DNA from: Candidatus Spongiihabitans sp.
GTDB lineage: Bacteria; Pseudomonadota; Gammaproteobacteria; Arenicellales; Poriferihabitantaceae
Assembly: GCA_965237725.1 (NCBI GenBank)
Contig: OZ250151.1
Span: 2,435,086 to 2,499,085, forward strand
DNA length: 64,000 nucleotides
Direction: 5' to 3'
Positions 61,349 through 64,000 of the stretch are shown here, one piece after another (within the stretch, counting starts at the first letter, position 1; every line of letters begins with the position of its first letter). A program made the position numbers and the translations under genes. Below the pieces are notes generated by a model. It searched no databases. It saw nothing but the letters and a program-made list of their open reading frames with translations, and was not told the origin of the DNA.

Positions 61349-62233
61349 CTATTGTGGGAATTCGGTCCGAGCCTCTTCAACAATCCAGTTGCGAAATGTA
61401 GATAATACCGGGTTATCCAGCGCGCCCTTTGGATAAGCCAAATGGTAGCCATAGTCACTCAGTTCTACATCACTAAACTGAAACAATGATCCCTGGGATA
61501 TTTCGCTCTCAATCAGATAATCGTTTAGCGCAACACCCTGCCCATCGATCACCGCCTGGACCCGGACGTTGGGGTCGAGAATGACCAGATCATTGGTTTT
61601 TGAATGATAGGCCACCCCGGCAAGTTCGTGCCAGTCCCTCCATACATCACTACCCTCACAATCGTGAAGTAGGGTGATGTCTGCCATGGCATTGTCTAGT
61701 CCTTGTTGATTGATTTTCTCAATCAAGCTTTGTCCCGCAGTGGGGATTGCCGGGCAGGCAAATAATAATTCGGTTTCAAGATCGGTCCAACTGCCATTGC
61801 CCCATCGAACTTGCATGTGGATGTTTTCTTCGATGATATCAATCTCGCCTACAGTGGGCTGCAATCGCAATCCGATTTCCGGGAACTGATTGGTAAATCC
61901 CATCAGTCGTGGGGATAACCATCGCGAGGCGAAGTAGGTCGTCATGCCGATGGTGATTTGATGACTGTTGTGATTGGTAATTTGTTCCAGCTCCGACTCC
62001 AAGGCGTCGAGAGACAGCTGGGAAGCGTGCCAGACTTCTCTGCCCTTGTTGGTTAACTGGACGCCGCCATGGGCTCGGGTAAACAGTGGGAACCCAAGTT
62101 CTTCCTCCAGATGCTTAATCTGATAACTAACCGCGCCTTTTGTCAGATGCAGTTCTCCCGCGGCCTGGGTAAAACTCATATGGCGGGCCACCACATCCAG
62201 CATTCTCAAAGAATCAAATGATCGAAATTTCAT
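61349..62233 (-). CDS. LysR-family transcriptional regulator (GcvA-like)
   Basis: HTH SFTQAAGELHLTKGAVSYQIKHLEEELGFPLF. I prefer ATG 62233 (MKFRSFDSLRML) over the track start at 62284. Divergent from the second MttB-family gene. Confidence 0.9.
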   Translation of the reverse strand: MKFRSFDSLRMLDVVARHMSFTQAAGELHLTKGAVSYQIKHLEEELGFPLFTRAHGGVQLTNKGREVWHASQLSLDALESELEQITNHNSHQITIGMTTYFASRWLSPRLMGFTNQFPEIGLRLQPTVGEIDIIEENIHMQVRWGNGSWTDLETELLFACPAIPTAGQSLIEKINQQGLDNAMADITLLHDCEGSDVWRDWHELAGVAYHSKTNDLVILDPNVRVQAVIDGQGVALNDYLIESEISQGSLFQFSDVELSDYGYHLAYPKGALDNPVLSTFRNWIVEEARTEFPQ

Positions 62234-62350
62234 TATCTTGTTCAATAATTTTATACGATTGTATAAAACTTTTGCCTTGCGCAATACCCCAAAAACCCTG
62301 CAATATCGGCATCTGGCAGCAAAACAGCTATTAATACGAGAATAAATTTA

Positions 62351-63886
62351 TTGAACAAGCGAAGAATCAGAGCTGGGGGGCGAAGTGCTCGAATCGCCCT
62401 GCGTGAGAAACCCCTGGAAATCACCGCAGCAACTGCATTTCGCAACATTCCCACTACGGAAATCTTCGATGACCACGACCTGGACAAGCTCGAAGCCCAC
62501 GCCCATTGGATTCTCGAAGAAATTGGTATCGAATTTCGTGGTGATGCCGAAGTCCTGGAGTTATTCAAACAGGCTGGGGCCACCATCAAAGGCGAAGCCG
62601 TGCATTTCGATCCAGGTCATGCAAAAGCACTTTGCGCTACCGCGCCGGAAAAATTTGTCATGCACGGCCGAAATCCCGCTCATTCCATTGAGGTTGGCAG
62701 CGATGCTGTGTCCTTTACCCCAGGTTACGGCTCTCCATTTGTAACCGACAATGACAACGGTCGGCGTTATGCCACCCTGGAAGATTTTCAGAACTTCGTA
62801 AAACTAACTTACACCACACCCTGGCTCCACCATTCTGGCGGTACGGTTTGTGAGCCGGTAGACATTCCAGTTAACAAACGCCATCTGGATATGGTCTATA
62901 CCCATTTGCGTTATTCCACCAAGCCCTTTATGGGCGGCGTGACCGCAGCGGAGCGGGCCGAGGATTCCATCGCCATGGCTCGGATCGTCTATGGCGACGA
63001 GTTTATGGAAAACAATTGTGTCATTCAGGGCAATATCAATCTCAATTCACCCCTGGTTCTGGACAGCATTATGTCGGGTTCGTTAAAGGCTTATGCCCGG
63101 GCCAATCAGTGTAATTTCATTTCACCTTTCCTGCTCGGCGGCGCCATGGGTCCAGTAACCCAGGCAGCGCTTATCGCCCAGGCCCATGCTGAAACTATTG
63201 CCGCCATCGCCCTGACCCAGCTGGTTCGTCCGGGCGCCCCCGTAGTCTATGGCAATTTTCTCACCACCCTGGATCTGCAAACCGGGGCGCCGACCTTTGG
63301 CACCCCGGAAGCCAGCCTGTCCGCAATGGCACTGGGTCAGTTAAGTCGACGAATGAAACTACCCCTGCGGGGTATTGGCCAGGTGACCGCGGCCAAGGTG
63401 GCGGATGGTCAGGCTATGCAGGAATCTTCAGACAACATGACAGCGGCTTTAATGGCGGGCTCCCATATTGTTTTCCATGCCGCTGGCTGGCTGGAAGGCG
63501 GACTGACCATGGGTTATGAAAAATTTGTTATGGATCTGGATCGCTGCGGGATGATGTGTCGAATGCTCGAAGGGCTTACAATCGATGACAACCAGCTGGC
63601 TAAAAGTGCGTTTAAACAGGCCGGCCCCGGAGAGAACTTCCTCAGCGTGGACCATACCCTGGAAAATTTTGAAACCGCAAACTATAAATCAACCTTGCTC
63701 AGCGATACCCAGTCCTTCGAACAATGGACCGAAGCCGGCTGTCTGGATACCGAAACCCGGGCCAACCAGCATTACAAAAACCTTCTGGCGCAATACCAGG
63801 CTCCGGATATGGATCCGGCTATAGATGAAGCCTTACTCGAATACATGGCCTTAAAAAAACAGGCGGCAACCGATCAATGGTATTAA
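62351..63886 (+). CDS. Second MttB-superfamily methyltransferase without pyrrolysine
   Basis: 511 aa, TTG start. Collinear with the 27336-28868 paralog (HHSGGTVCEP, INLNSPLVLD, IVFHAAGWLEGGL). Basic N-terminus NKRRIRAGGRSAR. No in-frame TAG. Confidence 0.88.
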   Translation: MNKRRIRAGGRSARIALREKPLEITAATAFRNIPTTEIFDDHDLDKLEAHAHWILEEIGIEFRGDAEVLELFKQAGATIKGEAVHFDPGHAKALCATAPEKFVMHGRNPAHSIEVGSDAVSFTPGYGSPFVTDNDNGRRYATLEDFQNFVKLTYTTPWLHHSGGTVCEPVDIPVNKRHLDMVYTHLRYSTKPFMGGVTAAERAEDSIAMARIVYGDEFMENNCVIQGNINLNSPLVLDSIMSGSLKAYARANQCNFISPFLLGGAMGPVTQAALIAQAHAETIAAIALTQLVRPGAPVVYGNFLTTLDLQTGAPTFGTPEASLSAMALGQLSRRMKLPLRGIGQVTAAKVADGQAMQESSDNMTAALMAGSHIVFHAAGWLEGGLTMGYEKFVMDLDRCGMMCRMLEGLTIDDNQLAKSAFKQAGPGENFLSVDHTLENFETANYKSTLLSDTQSFEQWTEAGCLDTETRANQHYKNLLAQYQAPDMDPAIDEALLEYMALKKQAATDQWY

Positions 63887-63902
63887 TCCGATAACCATCG
63901 AG

Positions 63903-64000
63903 ATGGAATACAGCGGATCATGTCATTGTGGTGCAATAACGTTTAGTTTCAGTCACGACGAGATTGACTCTGGAATGCAATGTAATTGCTCCATTTGTAA
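63903..64000 (+). CDS. GFA-family protein, N-terminal fragment (runs off the right window edge)
   Basis: My translation from ATG 63903 gives MEYSGSCHCGAITFSFSHDEIDSGMQCNCSIC, the GFA-type Cys pattern. It is not in the ORF track because it is truncated by the window. Confidence 0.6.
   Translation, partial: MEYSGSCHCGAITFSFSHDEIDSGMQCNCSIC

Overview
This 64-kb chromosomal window reads like a compact gammaproteobacterial genome. That placement rests on conserved gene orders: trkH-trkA-rsmB-fmt-def, msbA-lpxK-kdsB, uvrC-pgsA-tRNAGly-tRNACys-tRNALeu, and rsmI/lpoA-yraN-dolP. The gene content suggests a marine, aerobic lifestyle. All family names come from motif reading and memory, because no searches were possible.

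I call about 60 protein genes, 3 tRNAs and RNase P RNA. Coding density is very high, and several convergent gene pairs are only 3-9 bp apart.

Accessory content that stands out:
- (1) 13.9-22.6 kb: an eight-gene glycan-modification island between def and kdsB. It combines an ArnC/GtrB-type GT2, a large GT-C-like membrane protein and a WecE-type 4-aminotransferase. Its tailoring set is unusual: a heme-oxygenase-like diiron protein, a 2OG/Fe-type oxygenase, an ATP-grasp ligase and two methyltransferases.
- (2) 26.2-35.9 kb: a complete corrinoid-dependent methyl-transfer module. It has a non-Pyl MttB-family methyltransferase, a corrinoid protein, a methyl-THF methyltransferase and a RACo-type activator, plus DUF1638, a virulence-factor-like gene, GFA, DUF1835 and GNAT genes. 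A second MttB locus lies at 60-64 kb. The partner proteins carry charge-complementary termini.
- (3) 42.1-44.9 kb: a PqqD/RRE-like gene divergent from an unrecognisable 571-aa + 222-aa operon.
- (4) A TA-flanked MITE family with three full copies and at least two solo ends. One copy sits in the ilvA stop codon, and one end forms the 3' end of rsmB.
- (5) A perfect 171-bp x 2.6 tandem array built from tRNA-Leu 5'-half-like units inside the tRNA operon.
- (6) A 33-34-bp tandem repeat downstream of efp.

I saw no CRISPR array, rRNA, prophage, integrase or transposase gene.
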